DNA of 64,000 nucleotides from the human T2T-CHM13v2.0 reference genome, Homo sapiens. Of the stretch, positions 63,201 through 64,000 are shown piece after piece (the first letter of the stretch is position 1; each line of letters starts with the position of its first letter). The position numbers and the translations under genes are program-made. The stretch lies in assembly GCF_009914755.1 (NCBI RefSeq), contig NC_060932.1; one strand, 5' to 3'. Under the pieces are notes generated by a model. That model did no database searches, was not told the origin of the DNA, and was given only the letters and a program-made list of their open reading frames with translations.

Positions 63201-63810
63201 TAGGCATTTCTAACCCTTCCTCTAGGCAACGATGAGTTCCCTAATAACCAAACAAGTTTCTTTTTACTTCTAACTAATAATGTTTAGCAAGTCCAAAAAT
63301 ACTTTCAAATGCTTTTGAAAATGTAAGGCAGCTTAGAAATAAGCTGTTTTTAGTAATGGTATTTTAGAAGTGGTATAACTTACCACTTCAGGCAAAGAGG
63401 TATGACTTGTCACTGGTAATAGTGGTAACTCGGGAAGCTGAAAAGAGTTATTTTGAGAAAATAAGAAATTGTGGGCTCTAGTCTCAAACCTCACCCTTCA
63501 CCTCATATATATGAAATGTTATGCTTCTGTAATTCACAAATCAAATTTCTGTTTAAAACTGGAAGAATTAACAACAGAGTAAGTTATATATTTACTTTTA
63601 AGGTACACACACGAAAAAATTTTTAGGAATAGAAGTACTCAGTGTTGGCTAAAAGATTTTAGATATTTCAGTCACTTCCTAATCCTTAAAATGTTTATAC
63701 AAGTTTCTCCCCACTTCCTCCACCATCCCCCTATTATATCCATTTTATAATTCAGAAGGTGATCTGTTAACCAGGCCATAAACAGAAAGTAAACTTCAAA
63801 AACAACTGCT

Positions 63811-64000
63811 GGCCGGGCAAGGCGGCTCACGCCTGTAATCCCAGCACTTTGGGAGGCTGAGGAGGGCGGATCATGAGGTCAGGAGATGAAGACCATCCTG
63901 GCTACGGTGAAACCCCATCCCTACTAAAAAATATATATATATATACAAAAAATTAGCTTGGCATGATGGCGGACGCCTATAGTCCCAGCTACTCGGGAGG
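63811..64000 (+). mobile_element. AluY (cut by window end), (AT)n in linker
   Basis: AluY left arm; linker aaaaatatatatatatatacaaaaaa. Confidence 0.88.

Overview
This is 64 kb of primate (human or great-ape) intronic DNA. I recognise it as NCOA2 (TIF2/GRIP1/SRC-2) transcribed on the minus strand. The 57-nt non-coding 5'UTR exon 2 lies at 46666-46722 with canonical splice sites, so the window spans the end of intron 1 and a large part of intron 2. No host coding exon is present. The window also holds a processed BTF3 pseudogene (probably BTF3P12, 23186-24144, antisense to the host) and a young 5'-truncated L1PA with a TSD. Other repeats are older L1M/L2/MIR remnants, four MaLR solo LTRs, four Tigger-family DNA elements and about 34 Alu-family elements. 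Gene and repeat names come from recalled consensus sequences, not searches, and repeat boundaries are approximate. I found no convincing new multi-gene system. The best leads are: a strong 120-nt uORF-rich candidate cassette exon (6361-6480); a perfect, recent 86-bp tandem duplication (39914-40086); inverted Alus flanking exon 2; a tight inverted Alu cluster at 41.7-42.5 kb; and features of the BTF3 retrocopy (extended 3' end, tandem AP-1 pair). Almost all ORFs in the supplied track are repeat-derived or chance.
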